This document shows positions 1-15,100 of a DNA stretch of 64,000 bases, one piece after another (the first letter of the stretch is position 1; each line of letters starts with the position of its first letter). Location: NCBI RefSeq assembly GCF_009914755.1, contig NC_060925.1; one strand, written 5' to 3'. The stretch is from the human T2T-CHM13v2.0 reference genome, Homo sapiens. The translations under genes were made by a program, and so were the position numbers. Under the pieces are notes generated by a model, which saw nothing but the letters and a program-made list of their open reading frames with translations, had not been told where the DNA came from and ran no database searches.

Positions 1-3000
1 ATCAAACAGAATCATCGAATGGACACGAATGGAATCATCATCGAATGGAATGGAATAGAGTAATCGAGTGGACTCGAATGGAATCATCGAATGGAATGGA
101 ATGGAATAATCAATGTACTCGAATGGAATCATCGAATGGAATGGAATGGAATAATCAATATACTCGAATGGAATAAACATCGAATGGAATCGAATTGAAT
201 CATTGAATGGACTCGAATGGCATCATCATCAAATGGAATCAAATGGAAACATCGAATGGACTCGTATGGAATCTTCATTGAATGGAATCAAATGGAATCA
301 TCGAATGGACTCGTATGTAATCTTCATTGAATGGAATCGAATGGAATCATTGAATGGACTCGAATGGAATCATTGAATGGACTTGAATGGAATCATCAAA
401 TGGACTCAAATGGAATCATCATCGAATGGTATTGAATGGAATCATCGAATGGACTCGAATGGAATAATCATTGAACGAAATCGAATGGAATCATCATCGG
501 ATGGAAACGAATGGAATCATCATCGAATGGAATCGAATGATTCATCGAATGGAATCAGATGGAATCATCATTGATTGGAATTGATTAGAATCGTCTAATG
601 AAATCGAATGGAATCATCATCAAATGGACTCAAGTGGAACCACCATCGAATGGACTTCAATGAAATCATCATCCAGTGGAATCAACTGGAATCAACCTTG
701 AATGGAATCGAATGGAAACACCATCGAATTGAATCGAATGGAATCATCACGGAATTGAAATGTATAGACTCATCATCGAATGGATTCGAAGGGAATCATC
801 GATTGGAATTGATTGGAATCATCATCGAATGGAATCGAATGGAATCATTGAATGGAATCGAATGAAATCATCACCAAATGGAATCGAATAGAATCATCGA
901 ATGGACCTGAATGGAATCATCATCCAATGGAATCAGATGGAATCATCAAATCGACTTGAATGGAGTCATCGAATGGACTCGAATGGAATCATTATTGAAT
1001 GGAATTGAATGGAATCATCGAAAGGTTTCGAATGGAATCATCATCGAATGGAATCGAATGGAATCATCGAATGGAATCGAATAGAATCATCATCGAAAGG
1101 AATCGAATAGAATCAGTATCAAATATAATCAAATGCAATCAACATTGAATGGAATATAATGGAATTTTCATCAAATGGGATTGAATGGAATAATGGATTA
1201 GAATCAGATGGGATCATCGAATGAAAGAGAAAGGAATCATCATTAGAAAGAATGGAAATAAAACAAAGAATGGAATCTAATGGAATCATTAAATGGAATC
1301 CAATGGAATCATCATTGAATGGATTCAAATGGGGTCATTATCGAATGGAATCAAATGGAATCATTTAATGGACTTGAAAGGAATCATTGGACTCGAATGG
1401 GATCATCGAATGGAATCGAATGCAATCATCAACGAATGAAATAAAATGGAATCATCGAATGTAATCAAATGGAATCATCATTGAATGGATTCAAAGGGGG
1501 TCATTATCGAATGGAATCGAATGGAATCATTTAATGGACTCGAAAGGAAACATTGGACTCGAATGGCATCATTGAATGGAATCGAATGGAATCATCATCG
1601 AATGAAATAAAATGGAATAACCGAATGGACTTCAAAGGAAACATCATCGAAAGGAATCGAATGCAATCATGGAATGCACTCAAATGGAATCATCGAATGG
1701 ACGCCAATGGAATCAACATCGAGTGGAATTGAAAGGAAACATTGAATGGAATTGAATGCAATTATCGAATGGAATCATCATCGAATGGAATCGAATGGAA
1801 TCATCGAATGGACTCGAATGGAATCATCATCAAATGGAATAGAAAGGAAGCATTGAAGGCAATCAAAGGGAATCATCACTGAATGAAATGAAATGGAATC
1901 ATCGAATGGACCTGAATGGAATCAACATTGAATGGAATTGAAAGGAATCATCAAATGGATTTCAATGGAATCACTGAATGTTCTCGAATGGAATCATCAT
2001 TGAATGGAAAAGAATGGAATAATCGAACGGACAAAAATGGAATCATCATCGAATGGAATCGAATGGAAGCATTGAATGGAATCGAAGGGAATCATCATGG
2101 AATGGAATGGAATGGAATCGTCATCGAATGGAATCGAATGGAATCATCATCGAATGGAATCTAATGGAATCATCATGTAATAGAATCTAATGGAATCATC
2201 AACGAATGGAATCGAATGAAGAAATCGAATGGAATCCGTTGGAATCATCATGAATGGAATCGAATATAGTCGTCATCTAATGGAATCAAATGAAATCATC
2301 ATCGAATAGAATCAAACGGAATCATCAGCAAATGGAATAGAAAGGAATCATTATGAAATAGAATCGAATGGAATCATCAAATGGAATTTAATGGAATCAT
2401 CAAGGAAAGAATCGAAGGGAATCATTGAATGGAATCGAACGGAATCATTTAGCGGAATCAAATGGAATGATCATCGAATGGACTCTAATGGTCTTATCAT
2501 CGAATGGATTGGAATGGAATCATCGAATGGACACGAATGGAATCATCATCAAATGGAATAGGATGGAATAAACGAAGGGACTCGAAAAGAATCATCAAAT
2601 GGACACGAATGGAATCATCATTGAATGGAATCGAATGGAATCATCGAATGGACTCGACTGGAATCATCATTGAATGGAATCAAATGTGATCATCATCGAA
2701 AGAAATCCAGTGGAATCACTGAATATACTCGACTATAATAATCAAATGAACGTGAATGGAATCATCAAATGGAATCGAATGGAATCATTGAAAGGACTCA
2801 AATGAAATCATCGAATGGACTCGAATAGAATCATAATAAGATGGAATCGTATGGAATCCTCTAACAGAATCAAATGGAATATTCAAATGGAATTGAACGG
2901 TATCATCAAGAAATGGAATTGAATGCTATCATCGAATGGAATCGAAGGCAATCATCATCTAATTGAATCAAGTGGAATCATCAATGGAATCAAAGGGAAT

Positions 3001-3120
3001 CATCATCAAGTGGAATCGAGTGGAATCTTCGAATGGAATCGAATGGATCATTGTCGAATTAAATCGAATGGAATCAGTGAATTGAATTGAATGGAATCAC
3101 CAATGAGTGGAAGCGAATGG
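1..3120 (+). repeat. Domain 0: highly diverged HSat2 layer with no kb-scale periodicity
   Basis: The unit landmark is absent (first copy at 4481). There are many unique substitutions (GGGGGTCATTA ~1496, GGACGCCAATGG ~1699, GGAATCCGTTGG ~2231, CGACTATAATA ~2730). Only short local duplications are visible. Confidence 0.75.
1290..1620 (+). repeat. Diverged 166-bp tandem duplication inside domain 0
   Basis: GGATTCAAATGGGGTCATTATCG at 1321 matches GGATTCAAAGGGGGTCATTATCG at 1487. GAAATAAAATGG occurs at 1438 and 1604. Both offsets are 166. Confidence 0.85.
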
Positions 3121-6100
3121 AATCACAAATGAATGGAATCGAATGGAATCAACATCGAATGGAATCGAACGGAAACACCATCGAATTGAAACGAATGGAA
3201 TTATCATGAAATTGAAATGGATGGACTCATCATCGAATGGAGTCATCGAATGAAATTGATTGAAATCATCATGAAATGGAATCGAATGGAATCATTGAAT
3301 GGAATCGAATGGAATCTTCATCTGATGGAAATGAATGGAATCATCATAGAATGGAATCGAATGGATTCATTGAATGGAATCAGATGGAATCAACGAATGG
3401 ACTTGAAAGGAATCATTGAATGGACTCGAATGGAATCATTATTGAATAGAATTGAATGGAATCATCGAAATGTCTCGAATGGAATCATTATCAAATGGAA
3501 TCGAATGGAATGACCGAATAGAATCGAATGGAACAATCATCGAATGGACTCAAATGGAATTATCCTCAAATGGAATCGAATGGAACTATAGAATGCAATG
3601 GAATGGAATTACCGAATGCAATCGAAGAGAATCATCGAATGGACTCGAATTGAATCATCTAATGGAATGGAATGGAATAATCCATGTACTCGAATGCAAT
3701 CATCATCGAATAGAATCGAATGGAATCATCGAATGGACTCGAATGGAATAATCATTGAACGGAATCGAATAGATACATCATCGGATGGAAACGAATGGAA
3801 TCATCATCCAATGGAAACTAATGGAATCAACATCGAATGGAATCGAATGGAAACACCATCGAATTGAAACGAATGGAATTAACATGAAATTGAAATGGAT
3901 GGACTCATCATCGAATGGATTCGAATGGAATCATCGAATGAAATTGATTGAAATAATCATTAGTTGGAATCAAATGGAATCATTGAACTGAATCGAATGG
4001 AATAATCATCAGAAGGAAATGAATGGAATCATCATAGAATGGAATCGAATGGATTCATTGAATGGAATCAGATGGAATCATCAAATGGACTTGAATGGGA
4101 TCATTGAATGGACTCAAATGGAATCATCATTAAATGGAATTGAATGAAATCATCGAATGGTCTCGACTGGAATCATTATCAAATGAAATCGAATGGAATC
4201 ACCGTATAGAATCGAATGGAACAATCATCGAATGGACTCAAACAGAATTATCCTCAAATGGAATCGAATGGGATTATTGAATGCAATCGAATGGAATTAT
4301 CGAATGCAATCGAATAGAATCATCGAATGGATTTGAATGGAATCATCGAATGGAATGGAATGGAACAGTCAATAAACTCGAATGGAATCATCATTGAATG
4401 GAATCGAATGGAATCATCGAGTGGAATCGAATGGAATCATGATCAAATGGAATCGAATGTAATCATCATCAAATGGAATGAAAAATAACCATCATCAATT
4501 GGTATTGAATAAAATTGTCATCAAATGGAATTCAAAGGAATCATCATCAAGTGGAACCGAATGGAATCCTCATTGAATGGAAATGAAAGGAGTCATCATC
4601 TAATGGAATCGCATGGAATCATCAAATGGTATCGAATAGAATATTCATCAAATGGAATCTAATTGAATCATTGAACGGAATTGAAAGGAATCGTCATCGA
4701 ATGAATTGAATGCAATCATCAAATGGTCTCGAATGGAATCATCTTCAAATATAAAGGAATGGAATTATCGCATAGAATCAAATGGAATTATCATTGAATG
4801 GACTCGAATGGAGTCAACATCAAACGGAATCAAACAGAATTATCGAATCGAATCGAAGAGAATCATCGAATGGACTCGAATGGAGACATCTAATGGAATG
4901 GAATGGAATAATCCATGAACTCGAATGCAATCATCATCGAATAGAATTGAATGGAATCATCGAATGGACTCGAATGGAATAATCATTGAACAGAGTCGAA
5001 TGGAATCATCATCGGATGGAAACGAATGGCATCATCACCGTGTGGAAATGAAAGGAGTCATCATCTAATGGAATCGCATGGAATCATCATCAAATGGAAT
5101 CTAATGGAATCATTGAAAGGAATTGAATGGAATCGTCATCGAATGAATTGAATGCAATCATCGAATGGTCTCGAATGGAATCATGTTCAAATGGAATGGA
5201 ATGGAATCATCGCATAGAATCGAATGGAATTATCATGGAATGGACTCGAATGGAATCAACATCAAACGGAATCAAACAGAATTATCGAATGGAATCGAAG
5301 AGAATCATCGAAGGGACTCGAATGGAATCATCTAATGGAATGGAATGGAATAATCCATGGACACGAATGCAATCATCATCGAATAGAATCGAATGGAATC
5401 GTCTAATGGAATGGAATGTAATAATCCATGGACTCGAATGCAGTCATCATCGAATGGAATCGAACGGAATCATCGTATGGAATGGAATGGAATAATCGAT
5501 GGACTCGAGTGCAATCATCATCGAATGGAATCGAATGGAATCATCGAATGGACTCGAATGGAATAATCATTGAACGGAATTGAATGGAATCATCATCGGA
5601 TGGAAACGCATGGAATCATCATTGAATGGAATCGAATGGAATCATCAAATGGAATCAAATAGAATCATCATCAAATGGAATTGAGTAGAATTATGGAATG
5701 AAATCCAATGTGATCATCATCGAATGGAATCGAATGGAATCATCATCCAATGGAAACTAATGGAATCAACATCGAATGGAATCGAATGGAAACACCATCG
5801 AATTGAAACGAATGGAATTATCATGAAATTGAAATGGATGGACTCATCATCGAATGGATTCGATTGGAATCATCGAATGAAATTGATTGAAATCATCATC
5901 AAATGGAATCGAATGGAATCATTGAATGGAATCGAATGGAATCATCATCAGATGGAAATGAATGGAATCATCATAGAATGGAATCGAATGGATTCATTGA
6001 ATGGAATCAGATGGAATCATCGAATGGACTTGAATGGAATCATTGAATGGACTCGAATGGAATCATTATGGAATGGAATTGAATGGAATCATCCAATGGT

Positions 6101-9100
6101 CTCGAATGGAATCATTATCAAATGAATTCACCGAATAGAATCATCGAATGGAATCATCGAATAGAATCGAATGGAACAATCATCGAATGGACTCAAATGG
6201 TATTATCCTCAAATGGAATAGAATGGAATTATCCAATGCAATCGAATGGAATTATCGAATGCAATCAAATAGAATCATCGAATGGACTCGAATGGAATCA
6301 TCGAATGGAATGGAATGGAATAGTCAATGAACACGAATGGAATCATCAGTGAATGAAATCGAATGGAATCATCGAGTGGAATCGAATGGATTCATGATCA
6401 AATGGAATCGAATATAATCATCATCAAATGGAATCAAAAATAACCATCATCAATTGGTATTGAATGGAATTGTCATCAAAAGGAATTCAAAGGAATCATC
6501 ATCAAATGGAACCGAATGGAATCCTCATTGAATGGAAATGAAAGGAATCATCATCTAATGGAATCGCATGGAATCATCATCAAATGGAATCGAATGGAAT
6601 CATCATAAAATGGAATCTAATGGAATGATTGAACAGAATTGAATGGAATCGTCATTGAATGAATTGAATGTAATCATCGAAAGGTCTCGAATGGAATCAT
6701 CTTCAAATGGAAAGGAATGGAATCATCGCATAGAAGCGAATGGAATTATCATTGAATGGACTCGAAAGGAATCAACATGAAACGGAATCAAACAGTATTA
6801 TCGAATGGAATCGAAGAGGATCATCGAATGGACTCGAATGGAAACAACTAATGGAATGAAATGGAATCATCCATGGACTCGAATGCAATCATCATCGAAT
6901 AGAATTGAATGTAATCTTCGAATGGACTCAAATGGAATAATCATTGAACGGAATCGAATGGAATCATCATCGGATGGAAAAGAATGGAATCATCATCGAA
7001 TGGAAATGAAAGTAGTCGTCATCTAATGGAATCTCATGGAATCATCATCAAATGGAATCTCATGGAATCATCATCAAATGGAATCTCATTGAATCATTGA
7101 ACGGAATTGAATGGAATCGTCATCGAATGAAGTGAATGCAATCATCGAATGGTCTCGAATGGAATCATGTTCAAATGGAATGTAATGGAATCATCGCATA
7201 GAAACGAATGGAATTATCATCGAATGGACTCGAATGGAATCAACATCAAACGGAATCAAACAGAATTATCAAATGGAATCGAAGAGAATCATCGAGTGGA
7301 CTCGAAAGGAATCATCTAATGGAATGGAATGGAATAATCCATGGACTCGAATGCAATCATCATCGAATGGAATCGAATGGAATCATCGAATGGACTCGAA
7401 TGGAATAATCATTGAACGGAATCGAGTAGAATCATCATCGGATGGAAACGAATGGAATCATCATTGAACGGAATCGAATGGAATCATCAAATGGAATCAG
7501 ATGGAATCATCATCAAATGGAATTGAGTAGAATTATTGAATGAAATCCAATGTGATCATCATTGAATGCAATCGAAAGGAATCGTCATCCAATGGAAACT
7601 AATGGAATCAACAACGAATGGAATCGAATGGAAACACCATCGAATTGAAACGAATGGAATTATCATGAAATTGAAATTGATGGAATCATCATCGAATGGA
7701 TTCGAATGGAATCATCGAATGAAATTGATTGAAATCATCATCAAATGGAATCAAATGGAATCATTGAATGGATTCGAATGGAATCTTCATCAGATGGAAA
7801 CGAAGGGAATCATCATAGAATGGAATCGAATGGATTCATTGAATGGAAATAGATGAAATCATCGAATGGACTTGAATGGAATCATTGAATGGACTCGAAT
7901 GGAATCATTATTGAATGGAATTGAATGGAATCATCAAATGGTCTCGAACGGAATCATTATCAAATGGAATCGAATGGAATCACCGAATAGAATCGAATGG
8001 AACAATGTTCGAATGGACTCAAATGGAATTATCCTCAAATGGAATCAAATGGAATTATTGAATGCAATGGAATAGAATCATCGAATGGAGTCGAATGGAA
8101 TCATTGAATGAAATGGAATGGAATAGTCAATGAACTCGAATGGAATCATCATTGAATGGAATCGAATGGAATCATCGAGTGGAATCGAATGGAATCATGA
8201 TCTAATGGAATCGAACGTAATTATCATCAAATGGAATCAAAAATAACCATCATCAGTTGGTATTGAATGGAATTGTCATCAAAGGGAATTCGAAGGAATC
8301 ATCATCAAATGGAGCCGAATGGAATCCTCATTCAATGGAAATGAAAGGAGTCATCATCTAATGGAATCGCATGGAATCATCATCAGATGGAATCGAATGG
8401 AATCATCATCAAATGGAATCTAATGCAATCATGGAACGGAATAGAAAGGAATCGTCTTCGAATGAAATGAATGCAATCATCGAATGGTCTCGAATGGAAT
8501 CATCTTCAAATGGAAAGGAATGGAATCATCACATAGAATCGAATGGAATTCTCATCAAATGGACTCGAATGGAATCCACATCAAATGGAATCAAACGGAA
8601 TTATCGAATGGAATCGAAGAGAATCATCGAATGGACTCGAATGGAATAATCTAATGGAATGGAATGGAATAATCCATGGAATTGAATGCAATCATCATCG
8701 AATGGAATCGAATGGAATAATCATTGAACGGAATAGAATGGAATCATCATCGGATGGAAACGAATGGAATCATCGTTGAATGGAATAGAATGGAATCATC
8801 AAATGGAATCAGATGGAATCATCATCAAATGGAATCGAGTAGAATTATGGAATGAAATCCAATGTGATCATCATGGAATGGACTCGAATGGAATTATCAT
8901 CCAATGGAAACTAATGGAAATAACATCGAATGGAATCGAATTGAAACACCATCAAATTGAAACGAATGGAATTATCATGAAATTGAAATGGATGGACTCA
9001 TCATTGAATGGATTCGAATGGACTCATCGAATGAAATTGATTGAAATCATCATCAAATGGAATCAAATGGAATCATTGAATGGAATCGAACGGAATCATC

Positions 9101-12100
9101 ATCAGATGGAAATGAAAGGAATCATCAAAAATGGAATGAAATAGATTCAATGAATGCAATGAGATGGAATCATCGAATGGACTTGAATGGAATCACTGAA
9201 TGGACTCGAATGGACTCATTATTGAATGGAATCATCGAATGGTCTCGAACGGAATCATTATCAAATGGAATAGAATGGAATCACCGAATATAATCGAATG
9301 GAACAATCATCGAATGGACTCAAATGGAATTATCCTCAAATGGAATCGAATGGAATTATCGAATGCAAGTGAATGGAATTATCGAATGCAATCGAATAGA
9401 ATCATCGAATGGACTTGAATGGAATCATCATCGAAAGGGAACTAATGGAATCAACATCGAATGGAATCGAATGGAAACACCACCGAATTGAAACGAATGG
9501 AATTATCATGAAATTGAAATGGATGGACTCAACATCGAATGGATTCGAATGGAATCATCGAATGAAATTGATTGAAATCATCAAATGGAATCGAATGGAA
9601 TCATTGAATGAAATCGAATGGAGTCTTCATCAGATGGAAATGAATGGAATCATCATAGAATGGAATAGAACGGATTCATTGAATGGAATCAGATGGAATA
9701 ATCGAATGGACTTGAATGGAGTCATTGAATGGACTCGAATGGAATCATTATTGAATGGAATTGAACGGAATCATCGAATGGTCTCGAATGGAATCATTAT
9801 CAAATGAAGTCGAATGGAATCACCGAATAGAATCGAATGGAACAATCATCGAATGGACTCAAATGGAATTATCCTCAAATGGAATCACATGGAGTTATCG
9901 AATGCAATCGAATGGAATTATCGAATGCAATCGAATAGAATCATCGAATGGACACGAATGGAATCATCGAATGGAATGGAATGGAATAGTCAATGAACTC
10001 GAATGGAATCATCATTGAATGGAATCGAATGGTATCATCGAGTGGAATCGAATGGAATCATGATCAAATGGAATCGAATGTAATCATCATCAAATGGAAT
10101 CAAAAATAACCATCATCAATTGGTATTGAATGGAATTGTCATCAAATGGAATTCAAAGGAATCATCATCAAATGGAACCGAATGGAATCCTCACTGAATG
10201 GAAATGAAAGGAGTCATCATCTAATGGAACCGCATGGAATCATCATCAAATGGAATCGAATGGAATCATCATCAAATGGAATCTAATGGAATCATGGAAC
10301 GGAATTGAATGGAATCGTCATCGAAGGAATTGAATGCAATCATCAAACGGTATCGAATGGAATCATGTTCAAATGGAATGGAATGGAATCATCGCACAGA
10401 ATCGAATGGAATTATCATTGAATGGACTCGAATGGAATCAACATCAAACGGAATCAAACGGAATTATCGAATGGAATCGAAGAGAAACATCGAATGGACT
10501 CGAATGGAATCATCTAATGGGATGGAATGGAATAATCCATGGAATCGAATGCAATCATCATCGAATGGAATCGAATGGAATCATCAAATGGTATCGAATG
10601 GAATCATCGAATGGACTCGAATGGAATAATCATTGAACGGAATCGAATGGAATCATCATCAAATGGAATCTAATGGAATCATTGAACAGAATTGAATGGA
10701 ATCGTCATCGAATGAATTGAATGCAATCATCGAACGGTCTCGAATTGAATCATCTTCAAATGGAAAGGAATGGAATCATCGCATAGAATCGAATGGAATT
10801 ATCATTGAATGGACTCGAATGGAATCAACATCAAACGGAATCAAACAGTATTATCGAATGGAATCGAAGAGGATCATCGAATGGACTCGAATGGAATCAT
10901 CTAATGGAATGAAATGAAATAATCCATGGACTTGAATGCAATCATCATCGAATGGAATCGAATGTAATCATCGAATGGACTCGAATGGAATAATCATTGA
11001 ACGGAATCGAATGGAATCATCATCGGATGGAAACGAATGTAATCATCATCGAATGGAATCGAATGGAATCATCACATTGAATCAGATGGAATCATCATCA
11101 AATGGAATCGAATAGAATTATGGAATGAAATCCAATATGATCATCATCGAAAGGACTCGAATGGAATCATCATCGAAAGGGAACTAATGGAATCAACATC
11201 GAATGGAATCGAATGGAAATACCACCGAATTGAAACGAATGGAATTATCATAAAATTGAAATAGATGGACTCATCATCGAATGGATTCGAATGGAATCAG
11301 CGAATGAAATTGATTGAAATCATCAAATGGAATCGAATGGAATCATTGAATGGAATCGAACGGAATCTTCATCAGATGGAAATGAATGGAATCATCATAG
11401 AATGGAATCGAATGGATTGATTGAATGGAATCAGATGGAATCATCGAATGTACTTGAATGGAATCATCGAGTGGTCTCGAATGGAATCATTATAAAATGG
11501 AATCGAATGCAATCACCTAATAGAATCGAATGGAACAATAATCGAATGGACTCAAATGGAATTATCCTCAAATGGAATCGAATGGAATTATCGAATGCAA
11601 TCGAATGGAGTTATCGAATGCAATCGAATAGAATCATCGAATGGAATCATCATGAAATAGAATGTAATGGAATCATGCAACGGAATTGAAGGGAATCATC
11701 ATCGAATGAATTGAATGCAGTCATCGAATTGTCTCCAACGGAATCATCTTCAAATGGAAAGGACTGGAATCATCGCATAGAATCGAATGGAATTATCATT
11801 GAATGGACTCGAATGGAATCAACGTCAAACGGAATCAAACGGAATTATCGAATGGAATCGAGGAGAATCAACGAATGGACACGAATGGAATCATCTAATG
11901 GAATGGAATGGAATAATCCATGAACTCGAATGCAATCAATATCGAATTGAATCGAATGGAATCATCGAATGGACTCGAATGGAATACTCATTGAACTGAA
12001 TCGAATGGAATCATCATCGGATGGAAACGAATGGAATCATCATGGAATGGAAAAGAAAGGAGTCATCATCTAATGGAATCGCATGGAATCATCATCAAAT

Positions 12101-15100
12101 GGAATCGAATGGAATCATCATCAAATGGAATCAAAAATAACCATCATCAATTGGTATTGAATGGAATTGTCATCAAACGGAATTCAAAGGAATCATCATC
12201 AAATGGAACCGAATGGAATCCTCATTGAATGGAAATGAAAGGAGTCATCATCTAATGGAATCGCATGGAATCATCATCAAATGGAATCGAATGGAATCAT
12301 CATCAAATGGAATCTAATGGAATCATTGAATGGAATTGAATGGAATCGTGATCGAATGAATTGAATGCAATCATCGTATGGTCTCGAATGGAATCATCTT
12401 CAAACGGAATGGAATGGAAACATCGCAAAGAATCGAATGGAATTATCATCGAATGGACTCAAATTGAATCAACATCAAAAGGAATCAAACGGAATTATCG
12501 AATGGAACCACAGAGAAACATCGAACGGACTCGAATGGAATCATCTAATGGAATGGAATGGAATAATCCATGCACTTGAATGCAATCATCATCGAATGGA
12601 ATCGAATGGAATCATCGAATTGACTCGAATGGAATAATCATTGAACGAAATCGAATGAAACCATCATCGGATGGAAACGAATGGAATCATCATCGAATGG
12701 AATCGAATGGAATCATCAAATGGAATCAGATGGAATCATCATCAAATGGAATCGAGTAGAATTATGGAATGAAATCCAATGTGATCATCGTCGAATGGAC
12801 TCGAACGGAATCATCATCCAATGGAAACTAATATAATCAACATCGAATGGAATCGAATGGAAACACCATCGAATTGAAACGAATAGAATTATCATGAAAT
12901 TGAAATGGATGGACTCATCATCGAATGGATTCCAATGGAAACATCGAATGAAATTCATTGAAATCATCATCAAAGGGAATCAAATGGAATCATCGAATGG
13001 AATGGAAAGGAATAGTTAATGAACTCGAATGGAATCATCATTGAATGGAATCGAATGGAATCTTCGAGTGGAATCGAATGGAATCATCATCAGATGGAAA
13101 TGAATGGAATCATCATAGAATGGAATCAAATGGATTCATTGAATGGAATCAGATGGAATCATCGAATGGACTTGAATGGAATCATTGAATGGACTCGAAT
13201 GGAATCATTATTGAATGGAATTGAATGGAATCATCGAATAGAATCAAATGGAACAATCATCGAATGGACTCAAATGGAATTATCCTCAAATGGAATCAAA
13301 TGGAATTATCAAAAGCAATCGAATGGAATTATCGAATGCAATCGAATAGAATCATCGAATGGACTCGAAAGGAATCATCGAATGGAATGGAATGGAATAG
13401 TCAGTGTACTCGAATGGAATCATCATTGAATGGAATCGAATGGAATCATGATCAAATGGAATCGAATGTAATCATCATCAAACGGAATCAAAAATAACCA
13501 TCATCAATTGGCATTGAATGGAATTGTCATCAAATGGAATTCAAAGGAATCATCATCAAGTGCAATTCAAAGGAATCATCATCAAATGGAACCGAATGGA
13601 ATCGTCATTGAATGGAAATGAAAGGAGTCATCATCTAATGGAATCGCATGGCATCATCATCCAATGGAATCGAATGGAATCATCATCAAATGGAATCTAA
13701 AGAATCGTTGAACAGAATTGAAAGGAATCGTCATCGAATGAATTGAATGCAATCATCGAATTGTCTCGAACGGAATCATCTTCAAATGGAAAGGAATGGA
13801 ATCATCGCATAGAATCGAATGGAATTATCATTGAATGGACTCAAAAGGGAACAACGTCAAACGGAATCAAACGGAATTTTCGAATGGAATCGAGGAGAAT
13901 CATCAAATGGAATCAAGGAGAATCATCGAATGGACACGAATGGAATCATCTAATGGAATGGAATGGAACAATCCATGAACTCGAATGCAATCACCATCGA
14001 ATACAATCGAATGGAATCATCGATTGGACTCGAATGGAATAATAATTGAACGGAATCGAATGGAATCATCATCGGATGGAAACGAAAGGAATCATCATCG
14101 AATGGAAATGAAAGGAGTCATCATCTAATAGAATCGCATGGAATCATCATCAAATGGAATCGAATGGAATCATCATCAAATGGAATATAATGGAATCATT
14201 GAACGAAATTGAATGGAATCGTCATCGAATGAATTTAATGCAATCATCGAATGGTCAGGAATGGAATCATCTTCAAATGGAATGGAATGGAATCATCGCA
14301 TAGAATCGAATGGAATTATCATGGAATGGACTCGAATGGAATCAACATTAAATGGAATCAAAACTAATTATCAAATGCAATCGAGGAGAATCATCGAATG
14401 GACACGAATGGAATCATCTAACGGAATGGAATGGAATAATCCATGGACGCGAATGCAATCATCGTCGCATAGAATCGAATGGAATCATCGAATGGACTCG
14501 AATGGAATAATCATTGAACGGAATCGAATGGAATCATCATCGGATGGAAACGAAAAGAATCATCATCGAATGGAAATGAAAGGGGTCATCATCTAATGGA
14601 ATGGCATGGAATCATCATCAAAAGGATTCGAATGGAATCATCATCAAATGGAATCTAATGAAAACATTGAACGGAATTGAATGGAATTGTCATCGAATGA
14701 ATTGAATGCAATCATCGAATGGTCTCGAGTGGAATCATCTTTAAATGGAATGGAATGGAATCATCGCATAGAATCGAATGGAATTATCATCGAATGGACT
14801 CGAATGGAATCAACATCAAACGGAATCAAACGGAATTATCGAATGGAATCGAAGAGAATCATCGAATGGACTCGAATGGAATCATCTAATGGAATGGAAT
14901 GGAATAATCCATGGACTCAAATGCAATCATCATCGAATGGAATTGAATGGAAACGTCGAATGGACTCTAATGGAATAAACTTTGAACGGAAACGAATGGA
15001 ATCATCATCGGATGGAAACGAATGGAATCATCATCGAATGGAATCGGATGGAATCATCAAATTGAATCAGATGGAATCATCATCAAATGGAATCGAATAC

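Noticed and set aside
1119-1328. Minus-strand ORFs (also 12785-12973) as a sign of an inversion or inserted element
   Set aside because: The + strand remains GGAAT-oriented here. The region is only more diverged, with no poly(A) tail, target-site duplication or Alu/L1 similarity visible.
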